NCBI RefSeq assembly: GCF_009914755.1
Contig: NC_060935.1
DNA: 64,000 nt
DNA from: the human T2T-CHM13v2.0 reference genome, Homo sapiens
Direction: 5' to 3' (one strand)
In this document: in pieces, positions 30,715-48,639 of the stretch
Layout: each line of letters opens with the position of its first letter
How positions within the stretch are numbered: the stretch's first letter is position 1
Made by a program: the position numbers and the translations under genes
Notes under the pieces: model-generated
Told to the model about the DNA's origin: nothing
Database searches by the model: none
Seen by the model: the letters and a program-made list of their open reading frames with translations, nothing else

Positions 30715-33360
30715 ATCTTTATTGAGACATAATTCACATGCCATCATAACACCCATTTAAATAGTGCAACTACATGGTTTTACTACATTCATAGAGTGGT
30801 GCAACCATCATCACAATAAATTTTAGAACATTTTTATCACTTCCAAAAGAAATCCTGTACCTATTAGCAGTCATTTCTCATATTTTCCCAAGTGCCCCGG
30901 CCCCATAAAACCACTAACCTCCTTTCTGTCTCTATAGATTTTTCTATACTGGACATTTCATATAAATGGAATCAGCCTGGTGCAGTGGCTCATGCCTGTA
31001 ATCCCAGCACTTTGGGAGGTTGAGGGAGGAGGATTATTGAGCCCAGGAGTTCAAGGCCAGCCTGGGAAAGATGGCAAAACCCCCCTTTCTATGAAAAATT
31101 TAAAAATTAGCTGGGCTAGATGGCATGCATCTATAGTCCCAGCTACTGAGGAGGCTGAGGCAGAAAGATTGCTTGAGTTCAGGAATTTGAGGCAGCAATG
31201 AGCTATGATTGTGCCACTGCACTCCAGTCTGGGCAACAAAGCAAGACCCCAGCTCTAAAATAAAATGAAAATAAATGAAATCATATAATCTATGGTCTTT
31301 TGTGACTGGCTGCTTTCATTTAGCATAATGTGTTCAAGATAGTGTGTATTAGTACTTCATTCCATTTTATGGCTGCATAATATTCCATTGTATGCCAGAT
31401 TTTTAAATCCATTTATTAGCTGATAGACATTAAGGTTGTTTGCACTTTTTGACTCTTATGAATAATGCTGCTATAAGCATTTGTATACATATTTTTGTGT
31501 GGGTATATGTTTTCATACCTCTTGAGTATATGCCAAGGAATAGGATTGCTGGGTCATATGGTGACTGTAGGTTTAACATTTTGTGGAATGTCCAGACTGT
31601 TTTCCAAACTTACTGCATCATTTTACCTTCCCACCGACAGGTCCCATTTCTCCACAACAAAGTGTTCCCATTTCTCCACAACCTCATCAACACTTATTAT
31701 TATCAGTCAATTTTATTTCAGCCATTCTAGCAGGTATGAAGTGGTATCTCATTGTGTGTGTTTTTTTCTATAATTCCCTGATGGGTAATGAATATCTTTT
31801 CATGTGCTTATATGTCATTTGTATATCCTTTTGTGGAGCAATATCTGTGCAGATCCTTTGCCCATTTTGTAATCATGTTATTAATCTTTTTATTATTGAT
31901 ATGTATGATTTTAAAAATATATTCTACATACAAGTCCCTTATCAGATATGCCATTTGCAAGTGTTCCACTTATTTTGTGGGTTGCTTTTCACTTAGTTGA
32001 TGCTATCCTTTGAAAAAGTTTTTCATTTTGAGGAAGTCCAATTTATCAATTTTTTTTTTCTTCAGTTGCTTGTGCTTTTGGTGTCATGTCTAAAAAAGGC
32101 TTTGCCCAATCCAAGGCATAAAATTTATGCCTATATTTTTTTCTAAGAGATTTATAGTCTTATCTATTATGATTAAGTATATAATCCCTTTTCAGTTAAC
32201 TTTTGTGTATGATGTGAGGAAGGGTGCCAACTTCATTCTTTTTTTTTTTCTATTTTTATTTCAATCATTTTTGGGGGCACAGGTGGCTTTTTGTTACATG
32301 GACGAATTCTTCAGTGGTGATTTCTGAGATTCTAGTTGCACCCAGCACTTAAGCAGTGTACACTGTATCCAGTATGTAGTCTTTTACCCCTTATCCCCCT
32401 CCCAACCACAGTTCCTTTCCCAGAATCCCCAAAGTCCATTATATCATTCTTACACCTTTTCTTCCTTGTAGCTACAACTTCATTCTTTTACATGTGGATA
32501 TATAGTTGTCTTAGCACCATTTGTTGAAAAGATTATTCTTCCCTAATTGAACTCTCACTTCTGTTCCATTGAACCATATGACTACCCTTAACCTTATTTC
32601 AGCACCACACCGTTTTGATTATTGTAGCTTTGTAGTAAGTTTTGAAATTGGAAAGTGTGAGTCACCAACTTTGTTCTTTCTAAAGACCATATTGGCTATT
32701 CTTACTCCCTTCCATTTCCACATGAATTTTAGGTTCAGCTTGTCAATTTCTGCAAATAAGCCAGCTGGGATTATGATAGGGAATTGTGTTGAATCTGTAG
32801 ATCAATTAGGGGAATGTTTTCATCTTAATAAGATTAAGTCTTTCAATTCATAAAATAGAATGTTTTTTCATTTATTAAGGTCTTTAATTCTTCAATGATA
32901 TTTTGTAATTTCAGTATACAAGTCTTCCATTTCTTTCGCTTATTTTTTGTCTGTTTTAAAATCTGAGAAAGGAGATCTAGTATGTATTCATGGAATTTCT
33001 CATATTAACCTTGTTTCCAATTTCTGGTTCTCTTTATTTGTTCCTGCAAATCTGAATACCATCTGCTGTCATTTCCTCACTCCAATAAAGCTTTGCACCC
33101 ACCTACCTCCTTTATGTTGTTATTGTCAAATATATTACATTTCTATAAGCTATAAGCCCAACAAGACAATTACATACATATCACTTTGTACAATTGCTTT
33201 TTAAATCAGTTAAGAGCAGAAAGAAGACAGAGATAGTTATACTGTCTTTTAAAGTTACATATCTTTACTCTTGCACTTGTGTGTGTGTATGTTGACTTGC
33301 ATTACATTTCGGGGTCACTTGCTTTCATCCTAAAGAAGTTCAATTACTATTTCTTGAATC
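30715..33360 (-). mobile_element. L1MB/MC-type 3' region with nested AluJ (~30974-31277, +) and a younger L1 3' end (~32240-32455)
   Basis: Continuous antisense L1 3'UTR/ORF2 sequence. Confidence 0.8.
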
Positions 33361-33619
33361 CAAAGGGCAAGGAAACCTGGAAAAAATAAGTGATTTCCTG
33401 CAATAGTGAATAGCAAAAAGAAAAATGGAGAAATGGTGTGAAATCAAACAGGCCAATGACCAGTCACTCACTCAATAGTGTTTGTATGGTTACTTTAGAA
33501 ATTTGAGTAGGCCTGATTTACTGATTTATTGAATTTCTACTACTTTCCAGACTTGGGTCTTGGTGTTTTTCAAAGGTAAATTTATTTAGCCTTTACAGGA
33601 TGATACTATTATATAACGC

Positions 33620-33860
33620 TTAAGAGCTTGGGATCTTCAGACAGACAGAGATGTATGCAAGCCCAAGAATTTCAACTACAGAATCTGTGATCTTGGGAAA
33701 ATTACTTAACATCTCTAAGTCTCATTTACCCATAGGTAATAGGAAGATAAATATAGTGTATGTCTTAAAGGGTTATATGACAGTTATATGAGAAAAATTC
33801 ATGTGAAATATTGTCTCTTACACAAATGCTCAGTAAATGGCAGGCATAAAAAAATTCATA
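33620..33860 (+). mobile_element. MIR SINE
   Basis: 'tgtgatcttgggaaaattacttaacatctctaagtctcattt' core. Confidence 0.7.
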
Positions 33861-34879
33861 ATATTGGACTTCTGACTTTGACCATGATGAGGTAACTGAT
33901 AATAAACTTATGCTTAATTTATAATTACAAAACTGAACAAAATATATGAAGCAACACTTTTCATGCTTCAGACAACAAATACAGGAGGGATTTGATCCTT
34001 TAGAGAATAAAAACACATGAGGTTGGCTCTGCATTTACCACAGCTTTCCACCGGCGAGTGATTCCCAAACTAAGGCACAAGAAAGAGAAAAGAAAGATGC
34101 AGGAAACTGAGATGGAAGGTTGGGGCCACTAAGGTGGCTAGGCTTTTCAGGGCACAGCCCTGGAGGGTAGCAAGCCATGCAGAGAAGGAGCTCCAGAAAT
34201 TGGCCTAGGGAGCTTGAGTCTTTGATGAAAATACCAAATTAGAAATGTACAATGCAAAACTGATATAGACCTAACAGAAAATAGCCAAGGGTGGATCAGT
34301 AAGATCCTCAGAGATTCTGGAGATCACACAGTGTTGGGAGACATTGAAATTACAGCCAGCTGGAGTCAGAGAGCTTGTTGAACATCCTTGGCATTCACTT
34401 GCAATCATACGAAAGCCACACCTACAGAGTGAGACTTTAGTAACTTATAGTAATTTAGTAGTCCTTACCTTAGGGCAAGATTTAATAATCTTGATGTCAT
34501 AATTTCGATTAGTAATAGTAATAATAAAAATGAATCTTGCCCTAAGGTACGGACTACCCTAGACTCATTCTAAGAAAACCTAAAAGTAAGTCTCAACAAG
34601 ACAAGGTGACTTCAACAGATGAATACCTGGCAGTACAGATTTCAAGCATATTTACAACATGGGAGCAAAATCTAACTTCTAAAAAATGTAGCATTCACAG
34701 TGCCCAACAGACCATCAAAAGTTGCTAGATATATGAAAAGAAGAAAAACACAACTCGTAGTTGTGAGGGGGGAAAACGTTTATAGAAACAGACTCAGACG
34801 TTGGAATTAGCAAAGACTTTAAAAGTTATTATGAATATTTAGACATTGTAGATGAAAAAAATAAATATAATGAGTATGA

Positions 34880-35955
<1,076 letters not shown>

Positions 35956-36355
35956 CAAAAAGAAAACAAAAAGGGAAGCTCAGATTTTAAAACAGACAAA
36001 AAAATAATACAAAAGGGGAACAAAAAGAGAAATGAGAACAATTTTTTTTTTTTTTTTAAAAAAGAAACACAAATGGAAATACTAGCCAGCATCATAGGAC
36101 TGGACTGGATGCTTGTTGAAGGACTGGAAGCTTCCCCTTAAGATTGGAATCAAAGCATGGATGTCTACTCTTACATTTCTATTATTACTAGCTACTGAAA
36201 TAAGACAAGGAAAAGAACAAAATGGCTTACAGATTAGAAAGGAAGCTGTAAAAGGACTTTATTCATAGACAACATGAGAGTGTATTTAGAGAATGATATC
36301 TCAAAATTCCACCCAAAAAACCCAAACTTACTAGAAATTAATCAATTTAGCAAAG

Positions 36356-36942
36356 TGTAGGGGAGAAAAAAAAAAAGCTTCCCCTTTGCCCTTGGAAGGT
36401 TTGCTGAAAAGTCAAGTCACAAAAGGCATAGAAATAGGAGAAAAGGCATACAAATAAATGTATTTGACCATAGTTTCATGTGACACAGGAGCCTTCAGAA
36501 TGAACCTAATCCCTCAGTGGGGTGCAAAAGCCTATATACCATCTTGAGGTTACAGAAAGAATTTAGGCTCAGAGTGCAGCCCAAAACAGGTTATGGTAGT
36601 AAATCAGGTTATGGTGGCAAGACAGGTCCTGGGAGAGAAAGAAGAGGAGACCTGGCCAGCAAAGGTGGTCTTGTTATGTAGATGAAACTTCACAGGTAGC
36701 AATCTTCAGAGAGAATAGACGGTCAATGCTTCTTTTCAGGCCTTTACAGGTATCAGACTCTTAGTCTTTCCTAGATTCAGGCAAGGGAAGTTCCGGCTGC
36801 ATCAATGCAGATTCTCTGCAGATGCAAATCTCCCCACAAAAGACAGCTTTGCAGGGCCACTTCTGTTTGCTGGCCCTCTGACACCCAGCTCAAAATATGT
36901 CAAAGAAATATATTTGGAGATAAAATATTTTTATTTCCTCCA
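36356..36942 (-). mobile_element. 3' LTR of the second MER4-group provirus (LTR49-like)
   Basis: TG...CA termini, homologous to 40830-41881. AAAG flanks both ends of the provirus, and L1 sequence is continuous across it. Confidence 0.85.
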
Positions 36943-37517
36943 GTTCCTACTTTGAAACTTAAAAAAACTTTACATATTAAGAGCCAACGCTGATAGCTTT
37001 GGAGAGTTTTGGGTTAGAGGTTGTTAGATAGAGATAGGCAAAAGAGTGAAAAGACAAATTGGGATAAGCAGAAAAGAGCAAATTTAAATATAACGTCCCA
37101 TTTCTTCTTTAGTCGGTCTCTCAGTCCTGAGAATAGATCAGTTCAGTTAAACAGCTGTGTCCCATTCCAGGAGGTGGCATTGCAGATGGGCTAGGCCTCT
37201 ATATCTGATCCAGGCAAGCAGATCTTTAATAAGAGATATTTGTATGGAAACAGAAGAAAAACAAAGGGCCATGTCTGTAGTAGCTTGTACCATAGTTTTT
37301 CTGGTCTCTGAAGCATCTTCAGATTGCTATGACAATCAGAAAGATTTTTTTTTTTGAATTGTAGTTTGAATTAGGTATTCAAGTGAACTTTCTGAGTACT
37401 GCATACCTCATCAGGCATGAAGTCTGTTTATATATAAGTTGATGTTATTTCTCTCAAAGTTTATTAAAGTTGTCTAGCTTCGATTTTAAGGACTTTAAGA
37501 AAAACACAGTTTTAATT

Positions 37518-38425
37518 TATAAATTGAAAATAATATCCTATGCCCCCCAACCAACTGAACAGACCCCCTCTTGGCCGGGGGCGGATTCCAAAGAAACCTA
37601 TAAAACTAAATTTCAGGCCATGATGGGAAGGGAGGTCAGACATGCCTCATTATGCCCCTTCCCTTTTGGAGTTTAGGCAAGACTGACCAGCATTAACATT
37701 AAAATAGAGATCATAAGATTGACAGAATAGACTCTTTGTGGCAAGAAGATAACCAGATTCCAACCTGACTCAAACATAGCATCACATGACAGCCGATCCT
37801 GAAGGAAATCAAAATATTTTACCCCAAAATATATTTCTCTGACATATTTTTAAATGGCCCCGCAAAGCCAGCTTTTGTGGGGGAAATTTACATCTGTAGA
37901 GAATCTCTGTTAATACAGTCAGGACTTTCCTGGACCTAGGAAAGATTAACTAACTTTCTGACACCTTTTAAGTTCTGAAAAGAGATATTTGTCATCTATT
38001 CCCTCTAAAGATTTTTATATGGAGACTTCATCTATATAACAAAACCTTGGCCTCCACAACCCCCCTTATCTGAACTCAAGCATGTCTTTCAACTGACTTC
38101 GAATCTTTAGACAAAGCTGAACTCTTTCAACAAATTGCCAATCAGAAAATCTTTGAATCCACCTGTGACCTGTAAGCACTTGCTGTGAGATGTCCCACCT
38201 TACCGGGACATCTCCAATGTACACATTATATGCATTGACTTATGTTTTTGCCTGTAACTTCTGTCTCCCTAAAATGTATAAAACAAAACTATAACCTGAC
38301 AGCCTTGGGCACACTTTCTCAGAATTTCTTGAGACTGTTCTCTGGGCTGTGGTCACTCATATTGGGTCAGGATAAGCCTCTTTAAATATTTTATAAAGTT
38401 TTTTTGTTGTTGTTGTTTGTCAACG
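37518..38425 (+). mobile_element. MER4D-like solo LTR inserted antisense into the provirus
   Basis: 'ccccccaaccaactga...caggccatgatgggaagg...aaaatgtataaaac...gtcaac' signature, imperfect 4-bp TSD (AATT/CATT). Confidence 0.8.
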
Positions 38426-38632
38426 CATTTCTAGTAATTCCAAGTCAGAAAAAAATTAAATAAAAATTTGACAACATTAGTTTGGAGACTTGTAGCCAGG
38501 AAAGAATTCAGGATCCAGTACAAGTTGCAGGCAAATGATAAAATCTCAAAAACAATGAACAAGGCTAGAATCTAATAACAGATGTTCTACAGTTTTCCTT
38601 TGAAACATAATTTTCTCTCTCCGGTTCCCTAA

Positions 38633-39000
<368 letters not shown>

Positions 39001-40735
39001 TTATCTTATTATACTTGGCCTGGTTATTTGCATAAAGTGCAGCAAGAATAGTGATTGACCATACAGGCTTTTCTCAAATTGGCTTTGTGGAAACATTTTC
39101 ATAAGAAATCTCAGATTAGACTTTTAAAAGCCTTGAGGCTATAAAACCAAGGCAAGGATTTGTCATTAATCATTGACTGTCTGCAATGCCTGTATGAATT
39201 GGGTAAATTCTTCTCTTCTTGAGGTCCCAAAATAACTTGAGGTTCCTGGGCACGTCAGAAAGTAACACTCGTCACTTACCACAGGTCAGGAACCTTGTGA
39301 AGAAACTGTGTACCTTGTAAAGGTACCTTTTCAGTCAAGGTACACAGGTCAGGAAACTTGCAAAGAAACTGGGTTTTTTATTAGCTCTATAAAGTCAACT
39401 TCAATTCCTCAAAGCAATCTGGTCATATCTGAAAATATTCCATTCCAGTCAAATCCTCCAAAAGAATACAGATTCATATTGAATGTACGCAAATAGCTGT
39501 CTTGTCCTAAATTAAGAATAATCAAAAAAGTTTTCAAATTCTGGAGATATCAGGTAGAAAGAAAGATAAATGCTTCAAATTTTGCTCACGAAGTATACTT
39601 TACCCAATTTCTTGTAAGCTATAAATAGCTCAAAAGAAAAGGGTTTTTTTTGTTTTTTTTTTTGTTTTTTTTTTTGTTTTTTTTTGACTCTGGAAATCAA
39701 AACATAAAAAGAATTAGCTATGTATCAGACAAAAAGTTTTTTAGTCCTTTCTTAGTTCAGCCCCATGTAATTAGCTCTTGTTCTGCTTGATGTTGGGTTA
39801 GCAATCCTCATGAGCACATCAGCTTTTTAATTAGAATCCTGGAAGGTTTTTTTCCCTAGTCCAATGGTATGATATCCAAAGTTAGAAAACTGTATTCAGG
39901 AGACCTTCCCTGAATTTCTTTCAGAGAAAGCAAATTTTGGACCGTAGTTCATTATAAACTGCTTTTTTTAAAAGAAGAATCAAAGTAAAACAATAATTGT
40001 CTATGAGTGACAAAAGTTTTAGCCATAAATACAGACACAATTGACAAGAACATTTCGTTGTTTTATGGCATGCAACAATTGAACATAATAATTCCAATTA
40101 TTATTGATAATGTATACCAAGACACATCAGAATTTTAGGAAATCATACAATTTGGAGCACATATTAGTAACATATTTATACAAACATAACCCTCCAAAAG
40201 TTAAACACCATTTCTTATTTAATAATGCTTTCCATATGATTTTAACATACCAAATAAGCGTAATATGTCTCTCTTGGATGTCTAGGGGCCCTAACATTCA
40301 AAAAGTTAGTTTGAGGTCAAAAAGAATGAATTTCAGATCTGAAATTTTGATTTTGGAAAGTTTGTCAGATATTAAAGGTTTAAAACACTTGCTCAAAATA
40401 GGATCACAGCTCACTGTGAAATAATAGTGATTCATGTAGCCAAAGTGATGATTCAAAGATTTCAAAAAGCAAAAACCTTTATTCTTTGATGGGAAGGAAT
40501 ACAGCTTTCAAAACAATCATAAGACCTAATAGAAACCATTAGGCAAACAAAATCTCTCTCTCCCTCTCTTCCCTCTACCCCACCTTTTTTTTTTTCAGTT
40601 TACGCAAAAGTACACCAAAAAATATTTTACTATCCCTTAATACTACACAAAAATCTTGTTCAAAAGAGAAAACCTAATTCTACCTTTGTATCAGTGTATT
40701 ATTAATGTTACAGCTAATTTTAATAAAACTTTATA

Positions 40736-40829
40736 GGCTGGGCACAGTGGCTTATGCCTGTAATCCCAGGACTTTGGGATGTGAGGCAAGAGGATTGCTT
40801 GAGCCCAGGAGTTTGAGGCAAACCTGGGA

Positions 40830-40830
<1 letters not shown>
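40736..40830 (+). mobile_element. AluJ left-arm fragment fused to an LTR
   Basis: Ends at 'cctgggaaaaa' with no right arm, tail or TSD. Confidence 0.8.
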
Positions 40831-41881
<1,051 letters not shown>

Positions 41882-42509
41882 AAGCTTATAGGATAGAATT
41901 TTAACATAAAAATCAATTACATTTCTACGTATTAATAATGAAAAATTGAAAATGATTTTTAAAGTAATATATATATAAAACAGTGTAAAAAAATCCATGG
42001 GTATGAATTTAATGAATGATGAGCAAGACCTCCACACTGAGAAATTAAGAAAGGCCTCACTAAATGGAGAGACAGACAAGAAGAGTTGATAATGCTCCAC
42101 ATGGAGGACGCTGTAGGGAAATGGCATTGCTGTACATTGTTCTTGGTTACTTTTTCTAAATAAATGTCCTAATGATTACATAATTATATGATAATAATAA
42201 TAGCTACCACTTTTTAGTGCTGGATGTGACTGACAAATTAACTCCCTATAAGGGCAGCTCTGAACTTGGCACTTCTCTGCTCAAAAACTCCTTTTTATTC
42301 ATAGGCTCAAGGACTAACTATTATGGCATTCACAAGCCTCCACTATTGGCTCCAAACTCCCTTGCCATATTCACCTCCTACATTTTCCCTCATATACACC
42401 TTATACTCTAGCCACACTGGATTCCTTGCCATTTCCCAGTTTAAGATTTTGACCTTAACGCCTTGGCTCATGATATTCCCTGCCTTTAGCCAACTCTTCC
42501 CCTTCCCTA

Positions 42510-43030
<521 letters not shown>

Positions 43031-43416
43031 GTGCAGGCAAATCTCCTTATTTGGCAGGCCTCTTTGAAACAGATTGTGATAATGAGTCAAAGCCACAATC
43101 ATCCCAGAATCCCCCCCAGTTCTGGAGGATTCAGAGATATTTAGTAATTCTGCATTTATGTGTTTTTTTCTATTACTTACTCATAGAATCACAACTTTTT
43201 TTAATATATAGATGATCAGCAAAGCTTTTAATTGATTTATTGATTGAAGTATCTTCTATTATAGCCAAAAGAGAGTTTTGAAATCATCTAGACAAGGAGC
43301 CTCAAATGAGTTGTTTTAAACTGGTCCAGTTGATACAGGGTGTTGTCATGAGACAGGGTAGGGATGGAGCTTGGCTTCAGCTCACCCCTACTACGGCATT
43401 CTTTCTTGCATTCCAC

Positions 43417-43800
43417 CGTACTAGTCAGTGTTCTCCACAGGGGCAGAACCAATAGGATACATGTGTATATATATAAGGCAGAGTTTATTAGGGAGAATTG
43501 GCTCACACAATTACAATCATGAAAACCCATGATAGGTCGTTTGTGAGCTGGGGAAGAGAGAAGCTGGTAGTGGCTCAGTCTGAGTCTGAAAGCCTCAAAA
43601 ACCAGGAAGCCAACAATGCAGCCTTCAGTCTGTGGCCAAAGGCCAAGAGACCCCGGAAAGCCACGGGCGCAAGTCCCAGAGTCCAAAGGCTGAAGAACCT
43701 GGAGTCTGATGTCCAAGGGCAGGAGGAGCGGAAGGTGGCATCCAGCATGGGAGAAAGAAGGAAGCCAGAAGATTCAGCAAGCAAAGTTATCCCACCTTCC
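43417..43800 (-). mobile_element. MLT2-type (ERVL) LTR, truncated
   Basis: 'tactagtcagtgttctccacagggg...gtccaaaggctgaagaacctggagtctgatgtccaagggcaggag' MLT2A/B signature. Confidence 0.85.
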
Positions 43801-44410
<610 letters not shown>

Positions 44411-44576
44411 TCAGAGAGCCAGCTGGAGAATCCTTTTGCCTCTGCTATCTCCCTTTGGCTGTCTCTCTTGTGCTCTAGCACAAGCCCCAAAATAGAATCC
44501 TTGTCCAGGAAACCTGCTTGGCCTTATGTTAATTTTCATTACATGGGGAGCCACAGCCTCTTGGCCTGTAACATAT

Positions 44577-44726
44577 TCAGGATGGCTTCATAAAGGAACA
44601 ACTAGTGCAGTTGCCTGGGGCCCCACACTTACAAGGACCCATGCTTGGTTCAATGTTCTACTATTGCAGTCTTGAAATTCTTATTATTTTGAACAAGGGG
44701 CCCTGCAAATTATATAATCAGTTCTG
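44577..44726. mobile_element. MER91-like hAT-Tip100 element
   Basis: CAGG...CTG ends and 'gtcttgaaattcttatt...gaacaaggggccctgcaaattat'. Confidence 0.5.
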
Positions 44727-45706
44727 TGTACATCTCCTCATGTTCAGCCTTCCTTCCCTCCATGTACCTCTCCTGCAGTAAGACAATTCCAATGTCTGGA
44801 GGCAGCTGGAAAGCATTGCATGTGGAACACTGGAGGTTGCATCTTCTCACCCGTCCATCTTTGCGGATTACTTCTCAATTTCTACTAGGAAAGCCTGGAG
44901 ACTTCTGAGATAGTCCAAGTTCCCCATTTTACACATAAGAATACCAAGATCCAGAGATGCAAGTTCCTCCAGCTACCACTTAAATTATTTAGGTATCCTT
45001 TTCCAGGTATCTTACATTGCTATTATACCAAATAAAAATTATAACAGGCAACACTGAAAGAGAATGAGGTCAGAGAAATTAATGATCATGGCAGGATATG
45101 GGATCTGGACCTGTTTCTATATAAGACAGAGGCTGGTTCGAACCGTAGGCAGAATTCCTGAGCTCTCTCACCAGCAACATTTTCACCTTCATCTCCATCT
45201 CAACATCGCAGACTTTGAAGAACTAAAAGGATCTTTGAGGTTACATTCCTAGCCCAGGAGTCCTTAAAAAGATAACATCTAAGTCCTGGGATTCTTAATT
45301 TTTGAGTGGAGGCCTGTTTCATTTTTGGGACACCTTGGTTATTAGAAAGTATATTCTCTTTATAAAGAACAGAAGTCAGCCTCTCCATAAATTCCAACTA
45401 CAGCAATCAATGGCCCTACAGGATGACAAACAATAACTCTCTCCACCTAAAAGCTTTTCGGATAATTGCAACTAGCTTTATATCTACCACCCCTTCCTCT
45501 AGGCTGTTTTGTTCTTTTTCCTAGTTGAACACCCAGTTCTCTACAATGTCCCACAGTGATGGAGTTTCTAAACACCTTCCTATTCTTATCTCTCATCTGT
45601 GGTGATCCTCAGAGCCACTAAAAATCATTAGGTTATAAAATGAAAAGAAAACAAAGCAAAAGTATCATGACAGTTTAAAAATGTGCTAAGTAAAAAAATC
45701 AGTAAT

Positions 45707-45989
45707 TATAATCCCAGCACTTTGAGAGGCTGAGGCAGGAGGATTGCTTGAGCCCAGGAGTTTGAGACTAGCCTGGGAAATATGGGGAGAATAAGTGAGT
45801 ACCACCTTAAAAATTTCGTAATTTTAAAAAAATTAGCTGGATGTGATGGCACACACCTGTGGTCCTAGCTACTCAGGAGTCTGAGGCAAGAGGATAGCTT
45901 GAGCCCGGGAGGTCAAGGCTGCAGTGAACTGAGATCGCACCACTGCACTCCAGCCTGGGCAACAGAGAAAGACCCTGACTCAAAAAAAA
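45707..45989 (+). mobile_element. AluJ with an altered linker
   Basis: 5'-truncated Alu dimer. Confidence 0.85.
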
Positions 45990-46404
45990 TAGTCAGTAAT
46001 AAAGTTCCAGGACTGGAAAGACTGTGACCAGGATTGTAGGGAAAGGTAAGTATGTAAGTCAAGGCTTTCTGTTGCAAGTGATAAAACCCATTTGGGACTT
46101 TCTTAAACAAATAACAGAATATTTTCATCCGAGAGCAAAAAGCCCTCTCCCCCTTCAGTTCCAGCTGGAAAAGGGCTCTGATTAGTCAAATTGGGTCACT
46201 GCCAATTCCTGGGTGGGGAAGTCATAGTTGGGTAAGAAGAGGAAAGAATCACCCAGATCACATGGACAGAGGAGGGAGCAGAGTATCACCAGGAGAGAGG
46301 TGAAGGTGTGGACATAGGCAAACAAACATAAAGGTGCCCTGCAGAGAGTGAGCCACAAAGTCAAAGACAAACACTAAATATTTTATTCAGTTATTGCACA
46401 TTTA

Positions 46405-46955
<551 letters not shown>

Positions 46956-48178
46956 TGATAGTTTTTTTTAAGGGAGATAAACAAGTAATGAAGAAACAAG
47001 AAAATGTTGAGTGCATTGATTTTTTAATTGATATCTAGTAAGAATGCAATTTAATATTTTGTGATGGGAAATAATTATAATTATTTAAATACATTTTAAA
47101 ATGTTATAAAATCTGTGCTAATAGTGACTTGATATCTATTTGAAAAAGTGCTTTGAAAATTAAAACAGAATCAACTTATGATTACATGACAGTGGAAAAC
47201 TATTGAGGCATTGAACACCTGGATGAAGGGTTCTCCTGTGCTGGGGGCTGTGGTCCTACTGCCTGGGCGGCCATTCTAAGGAAGAGGCACACAAGAGCTC
47301 ATGCTGTGGGTGGACACGCTGGCTACATTTCTCATACACTGTTTTCTTGAGCACTGGGGAAACCCAGAGGAGGACACTTCATTTGTCCAATTAAAGATGG
47401 GATTTCATTGAGTGCTGCCTCAGAGCCCACAGACCACAGGCCCAGATGCATTCACAGCTGCCCAGAGCCAACAAGGTGGCTAGAATGTCAGCAAGAGGGG
47501 ACACCGGGTGGTTCTAGTTTCCTTGTGGTTGGAGTCTGTTGAGTTAACAGCCCAAATCTGACCACACAGGCTTGGAACAGTGTGCAAGGGAGCAACCGAG
47601 AGGAAGTTAGCCAATGTTGGATCCGGGCCAGTCAACTTCTAAGAAAACGTGCCAGCAAGGGGCAGGGCCCTTGCCGAGAAGAGCTGGGCTCCTCTGGCTG
47701 TTTCTCATGGAGGCATAATTCAGTGGTGAAACCAATGCTCCCACAGGCCCCACACAAATGCTTCCTGCCCCTCCAAGCCTACAGAGCAATTGCTTTGCCT
47801 GAGGCCTCTCAAGTTGAAGGAAGATCAATAAGGCTGTCTGATAGATAATTGTGACTTGGAGCTCTTTGGATAGCTTGTCATGTTCTCTCGGAGGGCTTTG
47901 GCTTTGTTTATACAAAATGGGAAAAGGCTGTTAAACATTGAAACTTTTGATATTTTACTTTCCAAGAGGAACCACTATGGGCATTTAAAAACTCAGTCAG
48001 CAAATATTTATCAAGCAGCTTCTATCTGCAAAATACTGTGCTAAACTGTTGCAGATTCACAAGCGTGCTGTAATTAAGTTGTACACATGAGATTAACTAT
48101 TTACAAACAATACACCTATGTTTATATATCAAATGAGTATTGTCATCTTTAGAACAATTATTTCAGGAGATAATACTC

Positions 48179-48461
48179 TTTTTTTTTTTTTTTTTTTCTG
48201 AGACGGAGTCTTACTCTATTGCCCAGGCTGGAGTGCAGTGGTGCAATTTCAGCTCACTGCAACCCCTCCTCCCGGGTTCAAGTGATTCTCCTAGCTGGGA
48301 TTACAGGCGCACACCACCACGCCTGGTTAATTTTCGTATTTTTAGTAGAGACGGAATTTCACCCTGTTGGTCAAGCTTGTCTCGAACTCCTGACCTTGTG
48401 ATTCTCCCACCTCGGCTTCCCAAAGTGCTGGGATTACAGGCGTGAGCCACCACACCCGGCC
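48179..48461 (-). mobile_element. AluS with a small internal deletion
   Basis: TSD TTCAGGAGATAAT. Confidence 0.9.
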
Positions 48462-48639
48462 TTCAGGAGATAATATTCTTAATCCAATGGTGTTATCTGC
48501 GTAGAAAGTATTTTTAGAACATCTTTTCTTTGGGCATCACCTCAGAGCCTATGGTTCATTCTTTTGAATATGTTCAATGTTGCGAAGCCACTGAGAGTAG
48601 AGGCAAGATAAAATTGAGGAATATATTTTCTGATTTTAA